A DNA stretch of 64,000 bases from Parcubacteria group bacterium (GTDB lineage: Bacteria; Patescibacteriota; Minisyncoccia; Phycocordibacterales; CSBR16-119). The notes under the pieces were generated by a model. The model was not told where the DNA came from. It worked only from the letters and a program-made list of their open reading frames with translations, and did not search any database. A program made the position numbers and the translations under genes. Positions 10,686 through 18,624 of this stretch are shown here, piece by piece (position 1 is the stretch's first letter; the number at the start of each line of letters is the position of its first letter). The stretch lies in assembly GCA_943356745.1 (NCBI GenBank), contig CALRFT010000002.1:7124-71123 (forward strand), given 5' to 3'.

Positions 10686-10733
10686 GGTCACAAATCAAAA
10701 ACACCTCTTGCGAGGTGTTTTTGATTTGTGACC
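10686..10733. terminator. Palindromic bidirectional terminator-like hairpin (copy 2, near-identical to 10012-10051)
   Basis: ggtcacaaatcaaaaacacctc-ttgc-gaggtgtttttgatttgtgacc. Perfect 22 bp stem. Confidence 0.5.
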
Positions 10734-10842
10734 CCAAGACCTGGATTTCAGAACTTGTTAAGGAAAGTTTAACAATAAAATCCAGCATAAGCGATCTCCA
10801 AGGTATCTTTGTGAATAGCCCCTATAATTTAGCTAGGCAAAG

Positions 10843-11493
10843 TTAATCTTTTTGCTTTCCGATCAGTTTTGCAAATGATCTTGCAATTGGTTCACCTAGA
10901 TGAACCACAAATAAACCGTCAATAGAAAGCTCCTCTTTTATGTCCCAAAAGAAACGCTCGATCCTTTTAGTTATTCTTCTCAGATATCTTGGGTCAAATT
11001 GTACAGGTCTATTAATCTGCATATGACCATTCTCATGGATGTTTAGTTTGGTATTAAAGTGAGCAACCTGGTTACCTCTGGCTCGAACAAGAGGATTGAT
11101 GCTGAGTTTTATGGCTTTCAATCTTTTTAGATATCTATTCTTAATCTTTACATCTTGTATATGATCTACCAGTGTAAAAAGAGAGGATGTTTGCTTATCT
11201 TCATCTAATATATTTCCCAAAATGATGATGGCATCACGAGAATAAACATCCCATAAAGAAATGACAAATGTGGTTGTAATCTTAGGATTGGAGTCTTTGA
11301 CGATAAAATCGTCCTTGTGTTTAGCTAGATACTGCAGTAACTCAGCATGATCAAGCAATCGACTTGTACTACTAAAAATATAATCTGTTATATTTCTTAG
11401 CTTTCTTTCTTCACTTATTGTTACCTTTTTCTTTTGGCTCATATTAATTAGTTGGAATAAGTTTATCAGTCCAAGACTTCTTATCTTCCTCAT
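10843..11493 (-). CDS. Uncharacterised protein co-operonic with the Gabija-like pair. Has an R-x5-H motif (possible HEPN-like RNase). The likely true start is the Met at 11442.
   Basis: The ATG at 11442 lies 1 nt after the upstream helicase stop (TAA-T-ATG). Motif VRARGNQVAHF is at 11059-11079. No recognisable family otherwise. Confidence 0.5.
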   Translation of the reverse strand: MRKIRSLGLINLFQLINMSQKKKVTISEERKLRNITDYIFSSTSRLLDHAELLQYLAKHKDDFIVKDSNPKITTTFVISLWDVYSRDAIIILGNILDEDKQTSSLFTLVDHIQDVKIKNRYLKRLKAIKLSINPLVRARGNQVAHFNTKLNIHENGHMQINRPVQFDPRYLRRITKRIERFFWDIKEELSIDGLFVVHLGEPIARSFAKLIGKQKD

Positions 11494-13168
11494 CAGGTAC
11501 TGCGATTACTAGAACTTTGCTCGGTCGAGAGATTGCTACATACACATTCCTCAACTCCTCATCCTGAGACACGCTACTAGTTTCAAGAAGAGTTTTATAG
11601 TTTTTAGAAACTTTCTTCTTCAGGAATAGTAGGACAGCTTCGAATGTTTCTCCTTTGACTTTATGAATGGTGCTTAATCTATAGTCACGCTGAATATTGT
11701 CCGTGTATTCTTGGGGAAATACACGAGAAAATTCGAGTTCTTTTGCCTCTGTGTTGTATGTGAAAGTGATAGGAATTTCAATTGATTTGAGCTGTTCACT
11801 GGCTGATTGAAGCCAAGCGCCTAGTTTAATATTTGTAAGCGGAAGAACTGCGAGTATAGCCTTGATTTCTTTTCTGAACTCAACAAAACCACGTTCATCA
11901 TGGAAATCATCCAAATCTTTTTCCGAGCAATAGTGTGCTTTCTTTAGAAATTTAAAGTAGCCCTTTTCTATATACTTTATTCCTCGATTGTAATCTTTGT
12001 TGTCTATGAGAAACTTGCCGATAGCAAAATCTCTTGCATAAGGACAACTATTTAACCAAGGCTTAATTTCTACGGTAAATGTGCCAGGAATAAAAAATCC
12101 TTTCGATCTAGCTAAGACTACAGTGGTTTTGGGTGTAATTTCTATGTCATTGGCTTTACATTTCTCTATAAAGTTCTTTACGATATCTTTTGTTTGTCCG
12201 TCAGTGTATGTGATAACCTCTGGCATACATTCAAAGTCCTTTACATCAACATTCGTTGCCAATATCTTGTTATCTCCCAATGAAGACAGGTTGTATACGG
12301 CATTACAAATTTTTTCTGAACTTCTCCAACTTTCATCAAGCACAATAGAGTTATCTTTCCAAAGTACTTGCTTCTCGATGAAAAGCTCTGGCTTTGCATT
12401 ATTCCATTCGAAGATTGCTTGATCAGGATCACCAACTAGCATTACATTTTGATCTGCATTTTCCGCTATTAATAATTCGATTATCTTCATTTGTATGTCG
12501 GTCGTATCCTGTGCCTCATCGACAATTAACCAAGGAAACTTCGAGGCAAGACTTTTTCTTACTGCGGGATATTTTTCAAGAATGACCATTGCGAAATAGT
12601 TTGCATCTGACTGAGTTGCGTAACCTTTCTTAGTAAACGCATCTTTCATCTGCTTCAATTTGAGATAGTTCTTATTTTCATCTCCGCCCTGGTTTAGTTT
12701 CGGCGGGAACGCTCCATGAAAATACTTTCTTTCTTTTCCATAAAGATCGCCATTTATTTCGTAACTTACTTTGTCAAAATAGTAAGGTGCGTCCTGGTCA
12801 TTCATACCCAGTCCCCATACACCATATGGTTCTCCAACCATAACGGGTCTTTGGTCGCAACCTAATACTAAATGCCCAAATGGAAGAAAGATGAATTTAT
12901 TTATAAAGCTATCAATTGTTCCGAGAAAGTGAGGGTAAGATACTTTTGTATTAAAATCTTCAGCACACTTCTTTTCGATTTCTTGCCAAGCAGTGTTAGT
13001 AAAAGAGATCGTGGCAATCCCTTGGTGTGGCAAAGTCCAATTTGAAATTAGCTTTGAAAGCTTTGCTGAAACACAGTATGTCTTTCCGCTCCCAGGACAG
13101 GCACGAACGACAAATTTACCCGTTCTATCGAGGACAACTTTTTGTTTGGTTGATAATTTCTCATACAT
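11444..13168 (-). CDS. gajB: UvrD/PcrA-like SF1 DNA helicase (Gabija GajB-like)
   Basis: Walker A ACPGSGKT, motif II LIVDEAQD, motif III VGDPDQAIFEW, motif V IHKVKGETFE, motif VI VYVAISRP. The start overlaps the stop of the upstream OLD-family gene. Confidence 0.8.
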   Translation of the reverse strand: MYEKLSTKQKVVLDRTGKFVVRACPGSGKTYCVSAKLSKLISNWTLPHQGIATISFTNTAWQEIEKKCAEDFNTKVSYPHFLGTIDSFINKFIFLPFGHLVLGCDQRPVMVGEPYGVWGLGMNDQDAPYYFDKVSYEINGDLYGKERKYFHGAFPPKLNQGGDENKNYLKLKQMKDAFTKKGYATQSDANYFAMVILEKYPAVRKSLASKFPWLIVDEAQDTTDIQMKIIELLIAENADQNVMLVGDPDQAIFEWNNAKPELFIEKQVLWKDNSIVLDESWRSSEKICNAVYNLSSLGDNKILATNVDVKDFECMPEVITYTDGQTKDIVKNFIEKCKANDIEITPKTTVVLARSKGFFIPGTFTVEIKPWLNSCPYARDFAIGKFLIDNKDYNRGIKYIEKGYFKFLKKAHYCSEKDLDDFHDERGFVEFRKEIKAILAVLPLTNIKLGAWLQSASEQLKSIEIPITFTYNTEAKELEFSRVFPQEYTDNIQRDYRLSTIHKVKGETFEAVLLFLKKKVSKNYKTLLETSSVSQDEELRNVYVAISRPSKVLVIAVPDEEDKKSWTDKLIPTN

Positions 13169-13171
13169 AGA

Positions 13172-14926
13172 TTATTCATTTTTTACAGCATACTTTATGG
13201 CATCCTGAATATAAGTTGGAATAACAAAATTTGTCAGAGCACCCGCATCTTCTTCAAGTCGAATTGATAACCGATGCGCCAACTCTGATTTGCCCTGCTG
13301 GTCTGCCACTTTTTTAGCAAAGTTTTTTGCATATGTCGGAATGTCAGCGTCCACAGTAATGGTAGTTTTTGGATGAAATTCTTTATATATCTCTAAAAGA
13401 ATTTGTCTGTTGAAATCACTTGCCAAGAATAGTTCGTATTCAAAAGTGACTGCACCAACGAAGACTTTCAGTAAGTTATTTTCCATTGCCTTTATCTTTG
13501 TTGCCCTTGGTGATCCATCGTCATCGTCCTTTGTTCTATCGTCATCAGTGATAATCGAACATCTATTTTTAAGACCTTTTTCTGGTTTTGCAGAATTGTA
13601 TAACTTTGCAAAATGTTCAAACGCAATTCCGTTTATATTTACAATTTCACAACCTGCTTTCTCCACATCGTAATCCGCACCCATTTTTCTACTAAAAACT
13701 GGAAGAAGTAGGGCTTCAGAAATACCCTCTACAAATATGACGCTATTTGCAAAGAATAACTGTGACTTCGTAACATCTAAGAACTTGTGCAGAAATTTTT
13801 TATTCGCTTCGTCTAGGTCTGAGTTTCTTAATGAAAGTGCAGATATTTCACCAGCTTGATGTTGCAAAACGTTGATTGAATTTAAATCTGCCTTAGCAGT
13901 AATTGTTGGAGAGTGTGAAGAAACAAAAATCTGAAAGTCCTTGTCTGTAGCAAGTTCATTTAGGTAGTTAAAAAATAGGTCTTGGAGCTGAGGATGGAGG
14001 TGAGCTTCTGGTTCTTCAATCAAGAGAGAAAAGTACGCTTCTGGTTCAATCTCTTTTTTCTGTTTTATGTCACCTAAAACTGTGGCTATATAAATCAAGT
14101 TATTATAACCAAGACCGTTTTGCCAAATGCTTAAATATTTCTGTTCATTCGATGGATCGAGTTTAAGTACTTCTTCTGAAAAGAATGGTAACTGAACATG
14201 TAAATTATTTAAGATATCACCAAATTCTAGTCCGCTAAAAGTAACCTCAATCTCTTGCTTCTTATCAAGAAAGGTTGTTCTGCCAAGATGCTCGTTTACT
14301 TTTTCCTTACCCTTAGTAATAAAATCTTTCCATTTGTCACCTTTAAGTACGGTTCTGACCTCTGTTGCTAAAGCTTGCTTCTCAGCTTCAGTATGAGATT
14401 GTGTATCACCGTACAAACGAGCCAATTTGCTATCTCTAAATGGTTTCAAAAATTGTTCTGCGTCACGTAGGGCATCGAGATGAACATAATTTATGAGCTG
14501 TAAAATTTCTGTAGAGATTTGCTGTCCCTCATTTGTTCCGCCCCAGACTTTGTATTTCAGTTTATTTTTCTCATCAAGGTAGTATTTTAAATGAAGCTGT
14601 AAATCTGCCTTATCGTTCTCATCTATAGCCAATAGCTCTCTGTATATAACAGGCTCGAGATCATCTTCTATTTCAAAATGCAGATCAAAAATCGTTTCAT
14701 TCTTTGCATCTTTAGGATCAGACTTGTTTATGTAAAAATCACATTCCTTTGAGAAGTAAATATCTCTCCTGATACTTCCGTATCCAAGGCAAAGTCGTAA
14801 GGCATCAATGATTGCAGTTTTACCTGCATTGTTTTCTCCAATAAGAATATTTAACCCCTTGTTAAAATCTAAGGAGAGTTCTTTGATTGATCTAAATCTA
14901 TTAATTTTTAGTTCTTTTATATACAT
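13172..14926 (-). CDS. gajA: OLD-family ABC ATPase plus TOPRIM nuclease (Gabija GajA-like / class 2 OLD)
   Basis: N-terminus IKELKINRFRSIKELSLDFNKGLNILIGENNAGKTAIIDAL (Walker A). LLIEEPEAHLHPQLQ (Walker B/H-loop typical of OLD/GajA). C-terminal TOPRIM motifs VIFVEGISE and IITDDD. Confidence 0.85.
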   Translation of the reverse strand: MYIKELKINRFRSIKELSLDFNKGLNILIGENNAGKTAIIDALRLCLGYGSIRRDIYFSKECDFYINKSDPKDAKNETIFDLHFEIEDDLEPVIYRELLAIDENDKADLQLHLKYYLDEKNKLKYKVWGGTNEGQQISTEILQLINYVHLDALRDAEQFLKPFRDSKLARLYGDTQSHTEAEKQALATEVRTVLKGDKWKDFITKGKEKVNEHLGRTTFLDKKQEIEVTFSGLEFGDILNNLHVQLPFFSEEVLKLDPSNEQKYLSIWQNGLGYNNLIYIATVLGDIKQKKEIEPEAYFSLLIEEPEAHLHPQLQDLFFNYLNELATDKDFQIFVSSHSPTITAKADLNSINVLQHQAGEISALSLRNSDLDEANKKFLHKFLDVTKSQLFFANSVIFVEGISEALLLPVFSRKMGADYDVEKAGCEIVNINGIAFEHFAKLYNSAKPEKGLKNRCSIITDDDRTKDDDDGSPRATKIKAMENNLLKVFVGAVTFEYELFLASDFNRQILLEIYKEFHPKTTITVDADIPTYAKNFAKKVADQQGKSELAHRLSIRLEEDAGALTNFVIPTYIQDAIKYAVKNE

Positions 14927-15010
14927 GCATCTTCAAGCCCAACCGTTGAGGTTAGTAATCGCATTTTAACATCTTTGGAGCATAAAAGCCTATCCTCCAA
15001 TTCATTTTTT

Positions 15011-15233
15011 TGCTAGAATGAGATTACAGTTGAATACAGTCGCCTAACCCTTGGCATCGAAAACCAAGGCATGGCGCAAAACCCGCTAAAGTGTAAAAAC
15101 CTCCTCGTCAGGAGTCACTTTAGCGGTCATACCTGGAAACGGGTATGGGTTCAGCCGAAAGGTTGGATCGCAACTGGCGAGGAGATTTTTGCATCTTCTC
15201 GGATTATTAGTCTCATAAAAACCGCTAAAGTTT
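15011..15233 (+). ncRNA. GC-rich structured 5' leader (candidate cis-regulatory RNA or riboswitch-like element) upstream of the 141-aa ORF
   Basis: Extended -10-like TGCTAGAAT at 15011-15019. Nested hairpins: ccttgg...ccaagg; ccgctaaagtg...cactttagcgg enclosing ctcct-cgtc-aggag; cagcc-gaaa-ggttg. A third copy of ccgctaaagt at 15222-15231 abuts the start codon and gives mutually exclusive pairing. Confidence 0.4.
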
Positions 15234-15659
15234 ATGAATACAAATATCTCTTCCTGGAGTACGGGAAGAAAGTTAGTCGTTTTTTTATTAGTTCCCATCT
15301 TCATCATCGTTGTCATAGGAATGGCAAACAGTCCAACTCCTGCTTCTGTTCCCAAGACGGCAGAAGAGATCGCATACCAGAAGAAACATGACTTTGCTTC
15401 ACTGGCGAAGATGAATGTCGAGATGACGCTCAAAGCTCCCTCTACAGCGAAGTTCAACACTTCACCAGTAGTGAAAGAAGAGAATGGTATCTACTCGATC
15501 AGCTCTTGGGTTGATAGTGAAAATAGCTACGGTGCAATGATCCGAAGTCAGTGGTCAGTAAAGGCTCATTACATCGGAGGGGACACTGAAGATGAGATCG
15601 GGACAGGTGCAAACTGGATCATCGATGAGTTCATTTTTGATGGGAAAAAGGTGAAATAA
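15234..15659 (+). CDS. Hypothetical small exported or membrane-anchored protein (island cargo)
   Basis: 141 aa with an N-terminal hydrophobic helix (LVVFLLVPIFIIVVIGMA). No recognisable domain. Confidence 0.5.
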   Translation: MNTNISSWSTGRKLVVFLLVPIFIIVVIGMANSPTPASVPKTAEEIAYQKKHDFASLAKMNVEMTLKAPSTAKFNTSPVVKEENGIYSISSWVDSENSYGAMIRSQWSVKAHYIGGDTEDEIGTGANWIIDEFIFDGKKVK

Positions 15660-15660
15660 G

Positions 15661-15900
15661 TGCAAGTACATTAACAGTGCTGAAAACAGTGCTAGAGGGT
15701 GAAAAACAGGCGAAAAAACACGCAAAACGGTAAGTAATGGATTTGGACAAAAACAGTGGAAAAAACAGTGAAAACGGCATCAAAAACACAGTCTCGAAAT
15801 GTGCATTAACAGCGACAAAAACAGCGACAGACTCTCTAGATTGATTTGACCAAAAACAGCGTGGAAACAGTGTGAGAAGCATCAATTTAGGGGTCTAAAA
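15661..15900. repeat. Iteron-like array: at least 10 copies of AAAACAG(T/C)G and close variants in ~240 bp
   Basis: aaaacagtgcta, aaaacaggcg, aaaacagtgg, aaaacagtgaaaacgg, aaaacacagtc, taacagcgac, aaaacagcgac, aaaacagcgtgg, aaacagtgtgag. Located directly upstream of the 232-aa ORF. Confidence 0.55.
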
Positions 15901-15916
15901 TGCTAGTATAAAGATT

Positions 15917-16615
15917 ATGGATTTAAGGACATCATTACAAGTTATTAACCGTGACAATATCTCAGATATTGAGAAGTTTTTAGCGTATGTACTTGATGCC
16001 TCTACTCAGGAACTTAAAGAAGCTCAGAAGAGAACTTTAGCGATCGTATACCACAGACTGTGGTGGTATCGAGATCAGGAGATCAAACGCTTTTTCCCAA
16101 AGACAGAGAAGTTTCAGGAGTATGTACCGTTTGTGTTTTCAGATCACAAGCTAACTGCTGAGCAGGATTTAAAAAACTTATTACTGAACAATAAAGATCG
16201 ATTTGGAAATCCAGACTACCCAGCTCTATTAAAGTTATTTAAATCGGATATCTCTGAGACCCTATCTTTCTTCACAAGCAAAGAAAACAGAACTGTAGAG
16301 GGTACACAGCTAATTCTTCGTTACAACAATTATGGAAAGTTTTGGCATGGAGACATAACAAAATCTTGCTATCCCATCAATTCTAAAAGTAAGCGGTTCA
16401 AGTTACTAAGGTATCTAATTGAAAACGAGGGCTTTCAGGACACTAAGGATATCTTGGCTTCTGTGGGTGGCAAAGATACACACTCTATTCGTACTGCAGT
16501 TAAAGAGATGAGATTGCTTATAGAGAAAAAACTTGATTTAGACGATGTTATTCTCTCTAATCCACCCGATGGATATGCTCTAAATCCTAAATATAAAGTT
16601 GTTTTTGAGAAGTAG
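15917..16615 (+). CDS. Hypothetical protein with a C-terminal winged-helix-like segment. Possible replication initiator or regulator of the island.
   Basis: 232 aa. C-terminal KRFKLLRYLIENEGFQDTKDILASVGG...IRTAVKEMR resembles a wHTH. Preceded by the iteron-like array. Confidence 0.4.
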   Translation: MDLRTSLQVINRDNISDIEKFLAYVLDASTQELKEAQKRTLAIVYHRLWWYRDQEIKRFFPKTEKFQEYVPFVFSDHKLTAEQDLKNLLLNNKDRFGNPDYPALLKLFKSDISETLSFFTSKENRTVEGTQLILRYNNYGKFWHGDITKSCYPINSKSKRFKLLRYLIENEGFQDTKDILASVGGKDTHSIRTAVKEMRLLIEKKLDLDDVILSNPPDGYALNPKYKVVFEK

Positions 16616-16730
16616 CTCTTTCGTAGTGTTGATATCTGTATTTGTTCCTTATTAAATAAACGTTTTCTGATGCAAAAAGCTACCCGAGCCTCATGGACGA
16701 ACTACGGGGTCAGGTTGGTATCGTTCGACT

Positions 16731-16916
16731 ATGGAAGTCGAGCAACTATTCTCAAAAGAAGAAATACAGAACATTTCCGATCTTGGGAATGTGCTACGGG
16801 AGATACGCTCCAGGCTTAAACGTGAGGGTGTCTCAATAGATGAAGCTCGCAAAAAGTTACGAGCCACACGAAAAAGAACTTATGCCTCAAAACAAAGACA
16901 AAAACAATCCGCATAA
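16731..16916 (+). CDS. Small basic protein upstream of and overlapping the recombinase gene. Possible DNA-binding protein or recombination directionality factor.
   Basis: 61 aa, K/R-rich C-terminus. Its position relative to the serine recombinase gene. Confidence 0.25.
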   Translation: MEVEQLFSKEEIQNISDLGNVLREIRSRLKREGVSIDEARKKLRATRKRTYASKQRQKQSA

Positions 16917-18552
16917 AAATGAGTATCTGATCTACTCACGTAAGAGTACGGACGATGCTATTAATCAAAAGAACTCCATTTCCTATCAAGTAGTGGAGGC
17001 ACTTAAATATGCAAAGCATGAGAGACTGCCGATTGCGAAAGTTGATATTGAGGGATTTTGTACAGAGGGCATTATCCGTGAAAGACATACGGCATTTAAA
17101 GAAGACGATAATCTTAATTTTAGTGATGATGGATATATAAAATATCGTATACAAAGACCCAAGTTTAAACGCCTAGTCGATGCTCTGGTTAAAGGAGAAT
17201 ACAAAGGCGTAATTTTTTTATGTTGGGATCGTGCCAGTCGCAACAAGAGTGATAACAGTGTTATTTCAAAGATGATAAATCTTGGAGTTGATGTACTATT
17301 TGTTCAGGCGACATACGAAAAAACTAGCTCTGGTGGTCTTCATATGAATATCGATGGTGTCTTCTCTGAGCATTACTCACTGGTGATTAGAGAGAAAGTA
17401 ACGAACACGAGAAAGAAAATGAGAGACGAGGGTATCTGCACTTACAAAGCCCCGATAGGATATTTAAATAATGGCGATCCTCGCCACAAGCCTTTTGACC
17501 CAGATCGTTCACCACTCGTAAAACAACTTTTTGAAAAATACGCTGAGGGAAATTGGACACTTGCTGATCTTGCACGTTGGGCTAATGAGAACGGTTTGAT
17601 CACTGTACCTGCTCGTCGAAAGAGAACGGAGCAGGAAATGTTGATGGACGATGAGGTTACAATAGATGCGGTCTCTCGTCCTATGACGTTTAATCATATC
17701 CATAAGATATTAACTAACCAGTTCTATATAGGTAAAGTATTAGGAAACGAAAACCAATGGGTGAAAAGTGTTAGTCATGCCCCGCTTGTTGATGAAGATT
17801 TATTTTATAGAGTTCAGGGATTGCTCCGTTCAAAGAAAGTTAGTGTCCACTACAAAACCAAGCCTTATTTCGCCTACAGAGGGCTTGTACGGTGTGGAGA
17901 GTGCCACAGAGTGTATTCGCCTTACATGCAGAAAGGTATAGCGTATTATGGCGCACGATGCATTCTTGGCTGTAAGAATAAGAACCGTAATATAAACGCT
18001 AATTTCATTGAGGAGAAAGTGGGATCAAAGCTATTTAACCTCAATTTCACTAAAGAAGAATTGGCTGATATCGATCGTCAGACCAGAGGTGAAGTTGCTA
18101 CTCTCGATGATAAGCGCAGGGGGCGTTTAAATGTTATTGATCAAGAGAAACGAAAGCTTCGAGATGATCTATCGTACTTACGCAACAATAAATTGTCTCT
18201 GCTTAAAAATCAGGTCTATAGCCATGAAGAATATCTTGAACAAGAGAGTGACATTGCTTCTAAACTTCAAAAGCTGAGGAATGAAGAAGAAGCATCGGAT
18301 GTTTCGATGCAAGAAGTCATTAGAGATGTGGTTCTACTTTCCGAACTCCTAGAAGACGCTTATTTGTATTACTCTTTGGCAAATCCAACAGAAAAGCAAC
18401 AAATAATAACGAAAGTCTTTTCCGAACTTACATTATTTGGTAAAACCCTTGATTACCAATGTAAAAACGGTTTTAAAGTCTTCGAGAAGAAGAAAAATAT
18501 CTTGTGTGACCCTACGGAGAATCGAACTCCGATTTCCAGGATGAAAACCTGA
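16840..18552 (+). CDS. Large serine recombinase (integrase)
   Basis: Catalytic motif LIYSRKSTDDAINQKNSISYQ (YxRxST...SxxxQ). RPKFKRLVDALVKGEYKGVIFLCWDRASRN (DRLSR-like). Recombinase domain, zinc ribbon CGECHRV...CILGC and a C-terminal coiled coil. The last ~15 codons are encoded by the tRNA-Glu 3' half. Confidence 0.85.
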   Translation: MKLAKSYEPHEKELMPQNKDKNNPHKNEYLIYSRKSTDDAINQKNSISYQVVEALKYAKHERLPIAKVDIEGFCTEGIIRERHTAFKEDDNLNFSDDGYIKYRIQRPKFKRLVDALVKGEYKGVIFLCWDRASRNKSDNSVISKMINLGVDVLFVQATYEKTSSGGLHMNIDGVFSEHYSLVIREKVTNTRKKMRDEGICTYKAPIGYLNNGDPRHKPFDPDRSPLVKQLFEKYAEGNWTLADLARWANENGLITVPARRKRTEQEMLMDDEVTIDAVSRPMTFNHIHKILTNQFYIGKVLGNENQWVKSVSHAPLVDEDLFYRVQGLLRSKKVSVHYKTKPYFAYRGLVRCGECHRVYSPYMQKGIAYYGARCILGCKNKNRNINANFIEEKVGSKLFNLNFTKEELADIDRQTRGEVATLDDKRRGRLNVIDQEKRKLRDDLSYLRNNKLSLLKNQVYSHEEYLEQESDIASKLQKLRNEEEASDVSMQEVIRDVVLLSELLEDAYLYYSLANPTEKQQIITKVFSELTLFGKTLDYQCKNGFKVFEKKKNILCDPTENRTPISRMKT

Positions 18553-18578
18553 TGTCCTAACCGTTAGACGATAGGGCC
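18507..18578 (-). tRNA. tRNA-Glu (anticodon TTC)
   Basis: Cloverleaf GGCCCTA-TC-GTCT-AACGGTT-AGGAC-A-TCAGG-TTTTCAT-CCTGG-AAAT-CGGAG-TTCGATT-CTCCG-TAGGGTC-A. Anticodon loop TTTTCAT. T-loop GTTCGATTC. Confidence 0.8.
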
Positions 18579-18624
18579 AATATAACTTGTGACTTTCCAG
18601 AAATTTTGTTATTTTCAGGTTTTT

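Larger units (their letters stand above)
10560..18578. mobile_element. Putative integrative island at tRNA-Glu carrying a Gabija-like defence operon, a structured leader, an iteron array and a large serine recombinase. The left boundary is approximate.
   Basis: A large serine recombinase abuts and overlaps the tRNA-Glu 3' half. Island content: defence genes, hypothetical proteins, iteron-like repeats. Strand polarity switches, and housekeeping genes lie on both sides. Confidence 0.5.

Noticed and set aside
10560-10690. tRNA or known small RNA (SRP RNA, tmRNA, RNase P) in the GC-rich segment
   Set aside because: No cloverleaf could be drawn and none of the conserved motifs I remember for 4.5S, tmRNA or RNase P RNA are present. 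It is left as an unexplained structured segment within the hairpin-flanked cassette.
10583-10846. 87-aa plus-strand ORF between the NUDIX gene and the defence operon
   Set aside because: It spans the palindromic hairpin and the GC-rich intergenic segment. Its translation merely mirrors the hairpin (SQIKNTSCEVF repeats the NUDIX tail) and there is no start context. Almost certainly non-coding.
15011-15233. Assignment of the structured leader to a specific riboswitch class (ZTP, guanidine-I, c-di-GMP)
   Set aside because: Short resemblances (ctggcga, acggg...ggg) do not reproduce the full conserved cores as I recall them. A specific class call would be unsupported.
15071-15391. 106-aa ORF overlapping the structured leader
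   Set aside because: It lies inside the GC-rich helical leader, overlaps the better-supported 141-aa gene out of frame, and has an odd composition (His/Cys/Arg-rich tail).
15661-15900. Possible CRISPR array
   Set aside because: The repeats are only 8-9 nt, irregularly spaced and partly overlapping. There are no 25-40 nt direct repeats with unique spacers and no cas genes. I interpret them as iterons or operator repeats.
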